A stretch of 45,869 bases of DNA from a virus. The DNA is taken from IMG/VR virus record IMGVR_UViG_2721755987_000001, positions 1-45,869 of that record. One strand, 5' to 3'. The notes under the pieces were generated by a model, which was not told where the DNA came from, made no database searches, and saw nothing but the letters and a program-made list of their open reading frames with translations. Each line of letters starts with the position of its first letter. Positions within the stretch are counted from its first letter, which is position 1. A program made the position numbers and the translations under genes. Below, in pieces: positions 25,646 through 34,469 of the stretch.

Positions 25646-25852
25646 TTGGGACTAACTGCATTCAACAAAGCCCGCCGCGAGGCGGCTGAGCGAGCGAACG
25701 TGCCCGCTGAAGAGCTGACCTATGACGAGGCGATCGCCATCCTGGTACAGCCTCTGTTGACCAGTTCTCCAGCACCAGCGAATGAACCCGAAAAGGTTGC
25801 AGACCCTGCACCGCGCCGCGCTCGCAAGCCTCGCACCAAAGCCGCCGAATAA
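25646..25852 (+). CDS. Hypothetical small protein (68 aa)
   Basis: TTG start preceded by TAGGAGG. Basic C-terminus. Confidence 0.45.
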   Translation: MGLTAFNKARREAAERANVPAEELTYDEAIAILVQPLLTSSPAPANEPEKVADPAPRRARKPRTKAAE

Positions 25853-25862
25853 CAGGTGATCT

Positions 25863-26219
25863 ATGCCCTTCGCTGCCACCACGCTTGATCGAGTCATGGG
25901 AGCGCTCTCGCTCCCGCTCACCCGCTTCTACGTTGAAGCGGTGCAGGATGCGCTTGACCATGCCGAGGCCTATGGCGGCGAAGGGGCGATCGCTCGCATC
26001 GAGGGCTATCTCACGCAATACGAAGCGGCTGAAACCGCTCTAAACGAGGGAGCCGAAAGCGCGGGGCTGATCAAAGCCGCCGTGCTGGAGTGGCAACCCG
26101 GCACTCGCAATCAGGGCTACAAGTCAGAAATGAAACGGCTGAGGGGGTTGATTGCTAGCAGTCTCAACCTCAGCCGTTTGGCGCAGGGGGGCGGGCGAGT
26201 GAGGTTGATCCGTGGCTAA
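25863..26219 (+). CDS. Putative head-tail connector protein (118 aa)
   Basis: Called from position and size in the capsid-to-tail gene series. Overlaps the next gene. Confidence 0.5.
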   Translation: MPFAATTLDRVMGALSLPLTRFYVEAVQDALDHAEAYGGEGAIARIEGYLTQYEAAETALNEGAESAGLIKAAVLEWQPGTRNQGYKSEMKRLRGLIASSLNLSRLAQGGGRVRLIRG

Positions 26220-26610
26220 ATCGCCCTTCGCCGCCTACGTCAATTTCACCGCCAGCTTCACTGTCGCTGGCGACGCGCTGGAGCAAGATGCGCGAGGCAA
26301 CTGGCGGCCCAGCACCGCGACGGTGGCGGTGACGGCAGTAGTGGAGCAAGCAAAGGACGGCAGAAAGCAGTCAGACGAGATTCGTCGCCCTGGCGTTGAT
26401 TCGCGTGCCATCTACCTCAAGGGCTACCTGGTCGAGCCGCGCCCGCTGCCTGCCAGTGTCACCCCGATTTCGCCCTGCTCAGCCACCTACAACGGGCTAA
26501 GCGGCTCGTTTGTGATGGATTTCACAGGGCGAAACCCCTACCTGCAAGCGCTGGGCATCGACTTGGTAGACGAGATCAAAGGCTGGTTCCTACCTAATTC
26601 TTTCACCTAG
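26212..26610 (+). CDS. Putative head closure / adaptor protein (132 aa)
   Basis: Called from position in the connector series. No motif recognised. Confidence 0.5.
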   Translation: MAKSPFAAYVNFTASFTVAGDALEQDARGNWRPSTATVAVTAVVEQAKDGRKQSDEIRRPGVDSRAIYLKGYLVEPRPLPASVTPISPCSATYNGLSGSFVMDFTGRNPYLQALGIDLVDEIKGWFLPNSFT

Positions 26611-26615
26611 AAAAA

Positions 26616-27035
26616 ATGAAGCTTTCCAAATATTTCACGCTGGCCGAGATGACCGCTAGCCAGACAGCAACCCGACGCGGCATCAGCAACGTGCCCGATG
26701 CGGCAGCAATCGCCAACCTGAAGGCGCTCTGCGAAAACGTGCTGGATAAGGTTCGCGAACACTATGGCGTACCCATCACGCCCAACTCCGGCTATCGCTC
26801 GCCCGCGCTGAACGCCGCCGTGGGTGGCAGCCGCAACAGCCAGCATTGCATCGGCGAAGCTGTGGATTTCACGGTTCCAGGGCGTTCGATCCCAGAGGTC
26901 TGCGAGTGGATCCGCAAAAACCTGGAATTTGATCAGCTGATCCAGGAGTTCTACAACCCTCGCACCGGAAGCGGCTGGATTCACGTCTCTTTCCGGCGCG
27001 GGCGCAATCGCAAGCAGTTTTTGAGAATTGGCTGA
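26616..27035 (+). CDS. Peptidase M15 family cell-wall hydrolase (endolysin candidate)
   Basis: FTLAEM..., SGYRSPALNAAVGGSRNSQHCIGEAVDF and GWIHVSF match the Zn-binding H/D/H pattern of Peptidase_M15_3. Confidence 0.8.
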   Translation: MKLSKYFTLAEMTASQTATRRGISNVPDAAAIANLKALCENVLDKVREHYGVPITPNSGYRSPALNAAVGGSRNSQHCIGEAVDFTVPGRSIPEVCEWIRKNLEFDQLIQEFYNPRTGSGWIHVSFRRGRNRKQFLRIG

Positions 27036-27391
27036 TGACCCAGGTAAAAATCGACCTGACCCGAATCACCACAGCAGCGCAATCGGCAATGGCGCAGACC
27101 GCGCTGCTGATTCATCGCAGGGCGATCGAGGTGATCAGCGAACCGGGCGCATTTGATGGCTTCGACGGCGATATTGTAGACACGGGCGTGCTGCGGGCCA
27201 GCCAGCAGCCGCCTGAAATTAGGGGCAACACGGCAATCCTCAGAAACACCGTGGACTATTCGATCTACGTGCATGAGGGCTACACACTCCGCAGTGGGGG
27301 AAGGCAGCCTGGCCGCCCGTGGATGGAGGAAGCAGTTCGTCGAGCCGAGCCTCAAAAAGCCTTTGAAACCCTCCTGACGGCAAAACTGTGA
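27035..27391 (+). CDS. HK97 gp10-like tail-completion/minor capsid protein
   Basis: IVDTGVLRAS..., VDYSIYVHEGYT and GRPWMEEA follow the gp10-family pattern. Confidence 0.6.
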   Translation: MTQVKIDLTRITTAAQSAMAQTALLIHRRAIEVISEPGAFDGFDGDIVDTGVLRASQQPPEIRGNTAILRNTVDYSIYVHEGYTLRSGGRQPGRPWMEEAVRRAEPQKAFETLLTAKL

Positions 27392-27810
27392 TTAACTACC
27401 CCGCAATCCGAGACGCGCTGGCGATCGCCCTGGCTGATCATCTCGGCACCTACACCTTTGGCAACGGGCTGAGCACACCGGCGGTGCAGATCGACGACGG
27501 CTCCGATCCCTTGCCAGAAAGCCCCCGTATAGAGGGGCTGGAGATGGTGATTGAGCCGAGCGTCCGGGTGCCGATTGCTGGAGCCTTCGGCGGCTATCGG
27601 CAGACCTTCAGCGGCAACGTGATCCTGAAGCAGTGGGACATCACGAAAACCACGCTGGAAGCCATGCCGATTGTTCTCGATGTGCTGCGATCGCAGTTCT
27701 CAGAGCTGAAGGTTGCCAATGCAGAGCGGGTCATCCGCAGCCTGAAGCTCGACAACATCGAGACGTTTTCGGTGCAGATCAGTCAGGAGTTTTTCAGCGA
27801 TAGCGATTAG
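27388..27810 (+). CDS. Putative tail terminator/completion protein (140 aa)
   Basis: Last gene of the connector series. Its start overlaps the upstream stop. Confidence 0.5.
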   Translation: MINYPAIRDALAIALADHLGTYTFGNGLSTPAVQIDDGSDPLPESPRIEGLEMVIEPSVRVPIAGAFGGYRQTFSGNVILKQWDITKTTLEAMPIVLDVLRSQFSELKVANAERVIRSLKLDNIETFSVQISQEFFSDSD

Positions 27811-27826
27811 TCCGGAATTCCGGACT
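27809..27826. repeat. Palindrome-family copy 3 (perfect 18-mer AGTCCGGAATTCCGGACT)
   Basis: Overlaps the stop codon of 27388..27810. Identical 18-mers occur at 38309 and 43492. Confidence 0.9.
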
Positions 27827-27837
27827 GAGTTCGGGAT

Positions 27838-27863
27838 GCCCACCCCGCAACGGGTGGGCTTTT
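27838..27863 (+). terminator. Rho-independent terminator upstream of the tape-measure gene
   Basis: GCCCACCC-CGCAAC-GGGTGGGC followed by TTTT. Confidence 0.7.
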
Positions 27864-27914
27864 CAAGCCGCCAAATTGCCGTAGGCACTCTACCTGAGAA
27901 CTCGTGGCTCAGGT

Positions 27915-30900
27915 ATGGCTGGATCGGTAGAACTTAGCGTTAGCCTCTCACTTGCTCAACTACTGAAGGATGCGGCCCGCGCCTCCCAAGTGATTAAGCA
28001 GCAGCTCAAGGATCAAGAGATTAAGGTCAACCTCAAGACCGAGGCGGGCGGGATTGCGGGGCTGGCCCGGACGCTGAAGAGCACCTATGGCGAGGCGCAG
28101 CAGTTTGCTAAGTCGCTGGGGCTGACGGGGGATCAGGCAACGGCGGCGATCGCCAGGGTTCGCGAACTCGATGCCGTCAGCGCGACCACGGCAGAAAAAT
28201 TCAAAGCGCTGAAGAACGAATTTGGCTTGACCGCCGTTCAAATGAACCAGGTGATCAAGGCTGCCAAAGCCGTTGAAGAGCAGTTCAACGCCCAAGCGAA
28301 AGCGGCGCAGAACAATAGCCAGCAGGTTGTGAACTTGGCGCGATCGCTCAATACGAGTTTTACGAGCGCAGAGAAATATGCGTCGGGATTGGGGCTGACG
28401 GCTCAGAAGGCAAATGAGGCGATCGCCAAGCTGCGCGATCTGGACAAAGCCGGTGCAACCAACGCCGAAAAGTTTCGTGTCCTCAGCAAAGAGTTGGGCG
28501 TGACCAGCCAGCAGTTCGAGGTGCTGAACAAATCAGCAGCTCAGACCACCGAAGGGCTGACGGCAGTGGCGGCGGGTGCAGGGGCGGTTAGTGCAGCCGT
28601 CAGCGCTGCCTTCGTGAAAGGCACACAGGATTTTATTGCCTTTGATAGCGCAGTGCGACAGTCGGGCGTGATCAGCGGCTCGACGGGCACACCGCAACTC
28701 CAAGCGCTGAGAGAAGAGGTAGAGCGCCTGGGCATTGTCACGTCCAAAGCTCCGGCTGAGGTGGCAAAAATGAGCGTCAGCCTCAGCCGCGCTGGCTTCA
28801 CGGCTGAAGAATCAGCAGCCTCGCTAGAGGCGATTGTGCGGGCTGCTGAGGGGACTGGGGAAGCGGTTGAGGTGGTAGGCGATATCGTCGCCAAGACCTA
28901 CCGCTCGTTTCAGAAGGAGTTTGAAGCAGCGGGTACGGGCGTGAGAGATGCCTCGAACCAGATTGCTGATGCGCTGGTCGCAACGGCCAATAACACGAAC
29001 ACCTCGGTTGTTACTCTCGGCGAATCGCTGAAGTACGTCTCAGCTCAGGCTGCTGCCAGCAATCAGCCGATGGAGGATGTGCTTGTCTTGTTGGGATTGT
29101 TGGGTGACGCGGGCATTCAGGGCAGCCAAGCAGGTACAAACCTGGCCCAGGCATTGGAGAGGCTCAAGTTGGCGAGTGCAGGAGCTGAGTCAGAGTTCTC
29201 TGGGCTTCTAAAAGGCAGCGCAAAGGCTACTTCTGCCTTCAATGCAATCGGTGCCGAGGTTCGCAATGCCGACGGCACGATGAAGAGTGTGCTTGAGATT
29301 CTGCCTGTAATGCAAGAGAAGCTGAATTCGCTAGACAGCCAGGCAGATAAAGACATCCTGATGAAGGCGTTGTTTGGCGTGGAGGGCGGGCGCGCTTTCC
29401 AGGTGCTGCTAAACACGACCCCAGACCGGATCGACCTGGTGACAAAGAAAATCTATGAGTCTGAGGGCGCGGCGATCGCCTCCGGCAAGGCATTGAACCA
29501 GGGGCTAGGCGGGGCACTCAACCTGTTTGGTGGATCGCTGGAAACCGTCAGTACCAAGTTTGGTGAATTCATCGCGGTCGGCTTGGAGCCGGCCGTGACC
29601 GCCGCCACAAACCTGCTCAACACGTTTTTGGGTGCGCCGCCCATCGTGCAGAAGCTGATCATCGGCGCGACGGCCCTGACGGGTGCATTTAGCGCAGCCG
29701 TGGCGATCATCACCACCTACAAGCTGCTGAATATCCAGCTTGTAGCCACGCAGGCAGCTCAGACTGCGGCCATGATTGCCAGCGCGATCGCCTCCAAGGG
29801 CGCGGCGGCGGCTCAACTGCTGTTCAACACGCAGATCACGGCGACCAACCTCCAGCTTGTGGCGTTGCGGGCGGGCATTCTGGCTGCTGCTGTTGCCAAG
29901 AAGGCTTATGCAGTTGCCACGGGTGGCGCAGTTGTGGCAACCAAGGGGCTGCTGGTGGCGCTGGCTGGTGTGGCTCCGCTGCTAGCGGCGATTGCTGCTG
30001 GTATTGCAGCGATCAAATTCGCCCAATTTGCCAACGATTTGCGGCGGGCAAACGAATCAATCGACGAATTTAGCCAGCGAGTTGCAACGAGTGGCGACGA
30101 GGCGATCGCCGCCGCTGGCAGAACCAAGGCAGCAGCCGAAAAGCTCAATCAGGCACGGACAGAGGGACGCAAACTGACAGAGCAAGAAATCGCCGACGCT
30201 AGGAACCTGCTGAAGGCGAACCAGCAGCGACTGCAAGGGCTGCAAGACGAACTGAAAGCAGCCGAAAGCATCACCACCGCCAACGACGAACAGGCCCGGA
30301 GCAAGGCAGCGCTGATCCAAAACCTGCAAACCTCAATTGGTGCGCTGGAAAGCCAGAACCAAAAGCTGAATGAGGCGGTAGCGGCGCACAATGCTGCGGG
30401 CGCTGCTGCTGAAGAGCAAGGCAAAAAAACCAAGGAAGCGGCCAATGCGGTAAAGCAGGCAATCGCCTCCTACGAGGCCCTGACGGCAGAGCTTGAGAGC
30501 CAGGATCAGACAGCCAGGACAAGCATCACCGAGGATCTGGCAAAGGGGCTAATCAGCGAAAAACAAGCCCAGCAAGCGTTCCTAGACCAAGAGAAAGCCT
30601 TCAACCAGCAGCGCCTGAACGAGGCTGAAAGGTTCGCGGCTGAGCTGAAAGAGCTGCGTAGCGTCACCACCGATCCGAAGGAGCTTGAGGAGCTAAACAA
30701 ACGGATTCTTGATGCAGATAAAACTGTGGCGGATGCGCGGCTGGCGATCGCCGAAACCGCCCTGAAAGAACGTGAGCAGGCGGAGAAAGACGCGCTAGAG
30801 CGCATCGAGGCAGCAAACCGCGAGAGCGAGGCGCGGATCTCCGAAAGCCAGCGATCGCGGGTGCTGGCAGTACGCCAAGCTCAGCTTGACGGCGTGAAGA

Positions 30901-32162
30901 CGGCAGAGCAGGCAGAGCGGGCGATCGCCCAAATCGAGCAAGACGGCATTGCCCAGCGGGTCGCTCAAAAGCAGCAGGAGCTAGCTCAGGTGCGACAGCT
31001 CCGGCAACAGGGGACGCTGAGCGCCGAGGAAGCCCGCGATCGCGAGCTATCGCTGAATGAGGAGATTGGGCAGCTTAACCTCCAACGGATCGAGAAAGAG
31101 ATTGAGGCACAGGAAAAGGCGCGTCAGGCAGCGCTGAAGGCGGCGGAGGATCAGAAGAAAGCAGCAATTGAGGCGATCGAAGCGGCTGGCAACGCTGCTA
31201 AAAACGTGCTTCAGTCTGGGCAGATTGAGTTGGATATTGCTTCGAAGTCCAACAGTGCTGAGTCTGGGCTATTGGCTGCACAATTGGAGCAGCAGCGGGC
31301 GATCGCCGAAGTGGAGCAAGTGCGCCTGAATGGGGCGATCGAACGGGCTAAGCTGGCAGGTGACGACGTACTTGCTGAGCGGCTCAAACTGAAGCAAGTG
31401 CGTGCACAACAGGCAGCACTGGAGCAACAGTTTCAGATTGAGCAACAGCAGCTCACGCTGTCTCAGCAGCAGCGGGCGATCGAGCTAGAACGCCAAAAGA
31501 TTGCGGCTGAAATTGCGGCAATTGAGGCAGAGGTAGCGGTACAGAAGGCGATCGCCAATGGCGCGAGTGAGGCTGAGATCAACAACCTGCAAACGATTCT
31601 GGGATTGCGGCAAAAACAGGTGAAACAGGCGCAAGCTGCTGAGGCACAGCAGGATCGGCTAAACCAGCTAGAGTCTGAAACACTGGCAGCACGGCAGGAA
31701 TCGCGGCGCATTCAGGGTCAAACGGCGATCGCCCAACAGGAGGCAGCAATCAAAAACGCGCAGAAGCAGCGGGCTGAAGGTCGGCCTAGCCAGGAAGATG
31801 GGGGCGATCGCCCTTCTAGACCCCGTGGCCCCAGTGCCGAGGAACTGGAGAAGCTGCGAATCGAGCAAGGTCTGAGAAACGGCTTCAATGCGGCCGGGTC
31901 ACCCCTACGACAGCTCAAGAGCAAGATGCCCGGTGTGCAGGCTCCAAATTTGAGTCCGGTTACTGATTTGAGCGGGCTGGGCACGGTATTGCAAGAGGGC
32001 AACGGGCTAGTTATTCGCAAGCTGGATGAGCTGAAGGCGGCAATCACGCAGCTTGCCAATACGCCGCGCTGCGTGAGCGTGAGCGCTCCTGATCCAGTGG
32101 GCGCGGTCGGGCAAGTGCTGGCGGATATCAATCGCCAAAACTTTAGGAGATCCAAGCTATGA
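27915..32162 (+). CDS. Tail tape measure protein (1415 aa)
   Basis: TP901-type core (ALREEVERLGIVTSKAPAEVAKMSVSLSRAGFTAEESAASLEAIVRAAEGTGE...), hydrophobic central segments and a very long Q/A/E coiled coil. Confidence 0.9.
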   Translation: MAGSVELSVSLSLAQLLKDAARASQVIKQQLKDQEIKVNLKTEAGGIAGLARTLKSTYGEAQQFAKSLGLTGDQATAAIARVRELDAVSATTAEKFKALKNEFGLTAVQMNQVIKAAKAVEEQFNAQAKAAQNNSQQVVNLARSLNTSFTSAEKYASGLGLTAQKANEAIAKLRDLDKAGATNAEKFRVLSKELGVTSQQFEVLNKSAAQTTEGLTAVAAGAGAVSAAVSAAFVKGTQDFIAFDSAVRQSGVISGSTGTPQLQALREEVERLGIVTSKAPAEVAKMSVSLSRAGFTAEESAASLEAIVRAAEGTGEAVEVVGDIVAKTYRSFQKEFEAAGTGVRDASNQIADALVATANNTNTSVVTLGESLKYVSAQAAASNQPMEDVLVLLGLLGDAGIQGSQAGTNLAQALERLKLASAGAESEFSGLLKGSAKATSAFNAIGAEVRNADGTMKSVLEILPVMQEKLNSLDSQADKDILMKALFGVEGGRAFQVLLNTTPDRIDLVTKKIYESEGAAIASGKALNQGLGGALNLFGGSLETVSTKFGEFIAVGLEPAVTAATNLLNTFLGAPPIVQKLIIGATALTGAFSAAVAIITTYKLLNIQLVATQAAQTAAMIASAIASKGAAAAQLLFNTQITATNLQLVALRAGILAAAVAKKAYAVATGGAVVATKGLLVALAGVAPLLAAIAAGIAAIKFAQFANDLRRANESIDEFSQRVATSGDEAIAAAGRTKAAAEKLNQARTEGRKLTEQEIADARNLLKANQQRLQGLQDELKAAESITTANDEQARSKAALIQNLQTSIGALESQNQKLNEAVAAHNAAGAAAEEQGKKTKEAANAVKQAIASYEALTAELESQDQTARTSITEDLAKGLISEKQAQQAFLDQEKAFNQQRLNEAERFAAELKELRSVTTDPKELEELNKRILDADKTVADARLAIAETALKEREQAEKDALERIEAANRESEARISESQRSRVLAVRQAQLDGVKTAEQAERAIAQIEQDGIAQRVAQKQQELAQVRQLRQQGTLSAEEARDRELSLNEEIGQLNLQRIEKEIEAQEKARQAALKAAEDQKKAAIEAIEAAGNAAKNVLQSGQIELDIASKSNSAESGLLAAQLEQQRAIAEVEQVRLNGAIERAKLAGDDVLAERLKLKQVRAQQAALEQQFQIEQQQLTLSQQQRAIELERQKIAAEIAAIEAEVAVQKAIANGASEAEINNLQTILGLRQKQVKQAQAAEAQQDRLNQLESETLAARQESRRIQGQTAIAQQEAAIKNAQKQRAEGRPSQEDGGDRPSRPRGPSAEELEKLRIEQGLRNGFNAAGSPLRQLKSKMPGVQAPNLSPVTDLSGLGTVLQEGNGLVIRKLDELKAAITQLANTPRCVSVSAPDPVGAVGQVLADINRQNFRRSKL

Positions 32163-32644
32163 GCCTAATTCTGACGTTTGGCAGCCTGAGTGTGACGCTG
32201 GGCAATCGATTCACCAGCCCATTTACGGATTCCAACTTCCCGCGAGTGCGGATCGACACGCCCGCCTTCAGCCGCTCGTTTGCGGGCGCAGTGATCGCTG
32301 AAGCAATTCCCTATGAGCCGCCCTTCACCTGGGGCGTGGGTGTGCGGCTCCGCAAGGCAGAGGCCGACAAGCTGAAGCGGATTTATAGCCTGTGGGTGCA
32401 GACACGCCCATTCCAGTACGTGACGCTGGAAGACCGCATCGACCCGGTTTACGAGGCAGGTGCTGTGGCGGGCGATCGCACGCGGGCACTAGCAACCGGG
32501 GCAAGCGTGACCGTGGATGCAGCCGGATTGTCTTACCTGGCGAAGTTCAACACGGTTTTTGTAGACGTGCCCGAATTTGCTCAGGCAGGGGCTTGGGTGC
32601 AGTGCCAATTTCAGCTATTAGAGGGGGCGAAGCTGTCTCCCTGA
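32159..32644 (+). CDS. Putative distal tail protein (161 aa)
   Basis: Start overlaps the tape-measure stop (ATGA). A terminator follows. Confidence 0.5.
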   Translation: MSLILTFGSLSVTLGNRFTSPFTDSNFPRVRIDTPAFSRSFAGAVIAEAIPYEPPFTWGVGVRLRKAEADKLKRIYSLWVQTRPFQYVTLEDRIDPVYEAGAVAGDRTRALATGASVTVDAAGLSYLAKFNTVFVDVPEFAQAGAWVQCQFQLLEGAKLSP

Positions 32645-32669
32645 GCTTGATTCGATAGGCAATAAAAAA

Positions 32670-32696
32670 CCCTGGATTTCTGTCCAGGGTTTTTTT
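32670..32696. terminator. Bidirectional Rho-independent terminator
   Basis: AAAAAA-CCCTGGA-TTTCTG-TCCAGGG-TTTTTTT. Confidence 0.85.
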
Positions 32697-32726
32697 GTGG
32701 GGGGATGGGGGGCGATCGCTTATTCC

Positions 32727-32888
32727 TCACTCAGGCTCTTGCTGTCCTCGCATTCTCTTATTCACAATCCGCTTGTTGCTGCCCTCGGCATACTTTGCAA
32801 GCCCGCGCTCCCAAACGATTCGATTCAGCTCCGCTGGCTTCCAGCTCTCATACTCGGCGCGCAATGCGGGGTAGTGCCCACGGATCAA
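32727..32888 (-). CDS. Hypothetical small protein (53 aa, TTG start; below track cutoff)
   Basis: Own translation: LIRGHYPALRAEYESWKPAELNRIVWERGLAKYAEGSNKRIVNKRMRGQQEPE. Lies 21 nt downstream of the RHH gene. The only candidate start is TTG. Confidence 0.3.
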   Translation of the reverse strand: MIRGHYPALRAEYESWKPAELNRIVWERGLAKYAEGSNKRIVNKRMRGQQEPE

Positions 32889-32909
32889 GTGATAGCAGTT
32901 TATTGATAC

Positions 32910-33155
32910 TCATTCCTCATCTCCGCTAAGCCACTCAGTTTCAAGCTCTTCTAGCGTGATGCCGCGATACCTGGCGATCGCTTCCATTTCCTTTTGGATT
33001 TCTGCCCAGTTAGCCTCAATCCTGTTTTGGATGATGTTTGCTCCTAGCGTGGCTCGGTTGGTGCCTTTGAGCTTTGCCCAAAGCAGTAATTTTCTGTGAT
33101 ACCAGTCCGGTAACGAAACTCCAAAGCGCACCATTGCCATCAAGTCCATAAACAT
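32910..33155 (-). CDS. Ribbon-helix-helix (CopG/Arc-like) DNA-binding protein
   Basis: VRFGVSLPDWYHRKLLLWAKLKGTNRATLGANIIQNRIE has the beta-strand/helix/helix pattern of RHH regulators. Several alternative Met starts exist. Confidence 0.6.
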   Translation of the reverse strand: MFMDLMAMVRFGVSLPDWYHRKLLLWAKLKGTNRATLGANIIQNRIEANWAEIQKEMEAIARYRGITLEELETEWLSGDEE

Positions 33156-33192
33156 CCTCCATTTATACAGCTTGAGCGCTATTCAGGCTTCA

Positions 33193-33234
33193 ATGATGCA
33201 CCCGTGTACCTCTACTGTCTCACAGGTGCATCAT
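33193..33234. promoter_or_regulatory. 10-bp inverted repeat in the divergent intergenic region (operator candidate)
   Basis: ATGATGCACC (33193..33202), 22-nt spacer, GGTGCATCAT (33225..33234). Lies between the RHH gene and the 33295 operon. Confidence 0.4.
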
Positions 33235-33294
33235 CTCCATGCTATCTTTTGATTACGCCAAAGCTACAGACGATTACAAAAACGGTGACAGACG

Positions 33295-34011
33295 ATGACA
33301 GCACTGCCAAACAAAGGATTTGCAAGGAGCTTGAAGATTGTGAGCCAAGAATCTACACCCAGTGACAAAAACGGTGACAACCCGATGACGCTGGTGACGG
33401 TTTTTGATGACGATGACGCGACTGATTACAAGTGGAGCGAGGTGCGCGATCGCCTCTCGCTGACCAGCAACGTGGCAAACGCCCGCTGGATGCCCGAAAA
33501 GCTACTCCCTCTATTCCGAAATCTGAAAGCCCCAGACCTGCTCACAGACAAGGGTAGACCGACCCGCTTCGGCGCGCAGATGTTAGCCCGCTACAAGGCT
33601 TTCTGCGTGGATCAGGCGGGCGATTACGAGAGCTTCTGCGAGCTGGTTAGAAAACATTTTGGTGACGGAGTTGGTGGCGGCGCAAAAGCTGTTCAGGTCG
33701 AAGTTCTGGGATTTGGTGACGGAGTTGGTGACGGCGGTGACGGCACGTTGTCACCGTTTTCGGCGCAACAGCAGGAAATCGATGACAAGGCAGACGACCT
33801 GCTGGGAAAGATGGTGCGTGCTAGGCAGGCGAAGCAGGAAGCCGACGCGGCGATCGCCAAGCTCGACGGCATGAATCAGAAGTCCTGGGAGCAAGAGGTG
33901 ATCGAAGACGAGCTGGCAAAGTTCGAGGAAGAGCAGCGCCGAAAGAAGGCAGAGGCGGAACTGCGCCTGAAAGTGCGGCAAATGCTGGAGGGAAACGGCG
34001 GTGGCGAGTAG
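33295..34011 (+). CDS. Hypothetical protein (238 aa) with G/D/V repeat and coiled-coil C-terminus
   Basis: ATG ORF, first gene of a long + strand operon. An in-frame second ATG at 33385 is preceded by the same 15-mer as the first. Confidence 0.55.
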   Translation: MTALPNKGFARSLKIVSQESTPSDKNGDNPMTLVTVFDDDDATDYKWSEVRDRLSLTSNVANARWMPEKLLPLFRNLKAPDLLTDKGRPTRFGAQMLARYKAFCVDQAGDYESFCELVRKHFGDGVGGGAKAVQVEVLGFGDGVGDGGDGTLSPFSAQQQEIDDKADDLLGKMVRARQAKQEADAAIAKLDGMNQKSWEQEVIEDELAKFEEEQRRKKAEAELRLKVRQMLEGNGGGE

Positions 34012-34104
34012 CCCTGGCGATCGCCTGCTTACTCGCCTTTGCGGCTGGCTACTGGCTGGGCAGCCTGCGCCCGGAGCCACCGCCCCCAATAGGAGAAAAA
34101 TACC

Positions 34105-34383
34105 ATGCTTGACAAAATCACAGAGCTAAAAACCATTCAGAGCAAAGACCTGTGGCAGCAATGCCCCAATCCAGATTGCAGCGATGGCGAGGTTCCGAAC
34201 CCAGCCTGGGTTCACACCCGCGCGGCTGGGTTCGACTGGGAGAATTACGATTTTCAAGCCTTGCAAAGGCGTGTCGGGCCTGAGTTTGAGACTTGCCCTG
34301 ATTGTGGCGGCAGGGGAGAAGTCCTAACTGAACTGGGGCAGGCTCTCAAGCATCTTGCCCGCCTAATTGAGTCTGTTCGCTGA
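34105..34383 (+). CDS. Hypothetical zinc-ribbon protein (92 aa)
   Basis: CPNPDC...CPDCGGRG (two CxxC pairs). AGGAGAAAAATACC precedes the ATG. Confidence 0.55.
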   Translation: MLDKITELKTIQSKDLWQQCPNPDCSDGEVPNPAWVHTRAAGFDWENYDFQALQRRVGPEFETCPDCGGRGEVLTELGQALKHLARLIESVR

Positions 34384-34469
34384 CCAAAAGAGCGATCGCC
34401 CCAAGCCTCTCACAGCAAGTGGCCAAGGAAACCAGCAACTCGCACTATTCGGATTGGAGGAAACTCATC

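Noticed and set aside
28541-32155. Many overlapping ORFs on both strands inside the tape-measure gene.
   Set aside because: The 1415-aa + strand frame has the tape-measure core motif and is continuous. The others are by-products of Ala/Gln/Glu-rich repetitive coding sequence.
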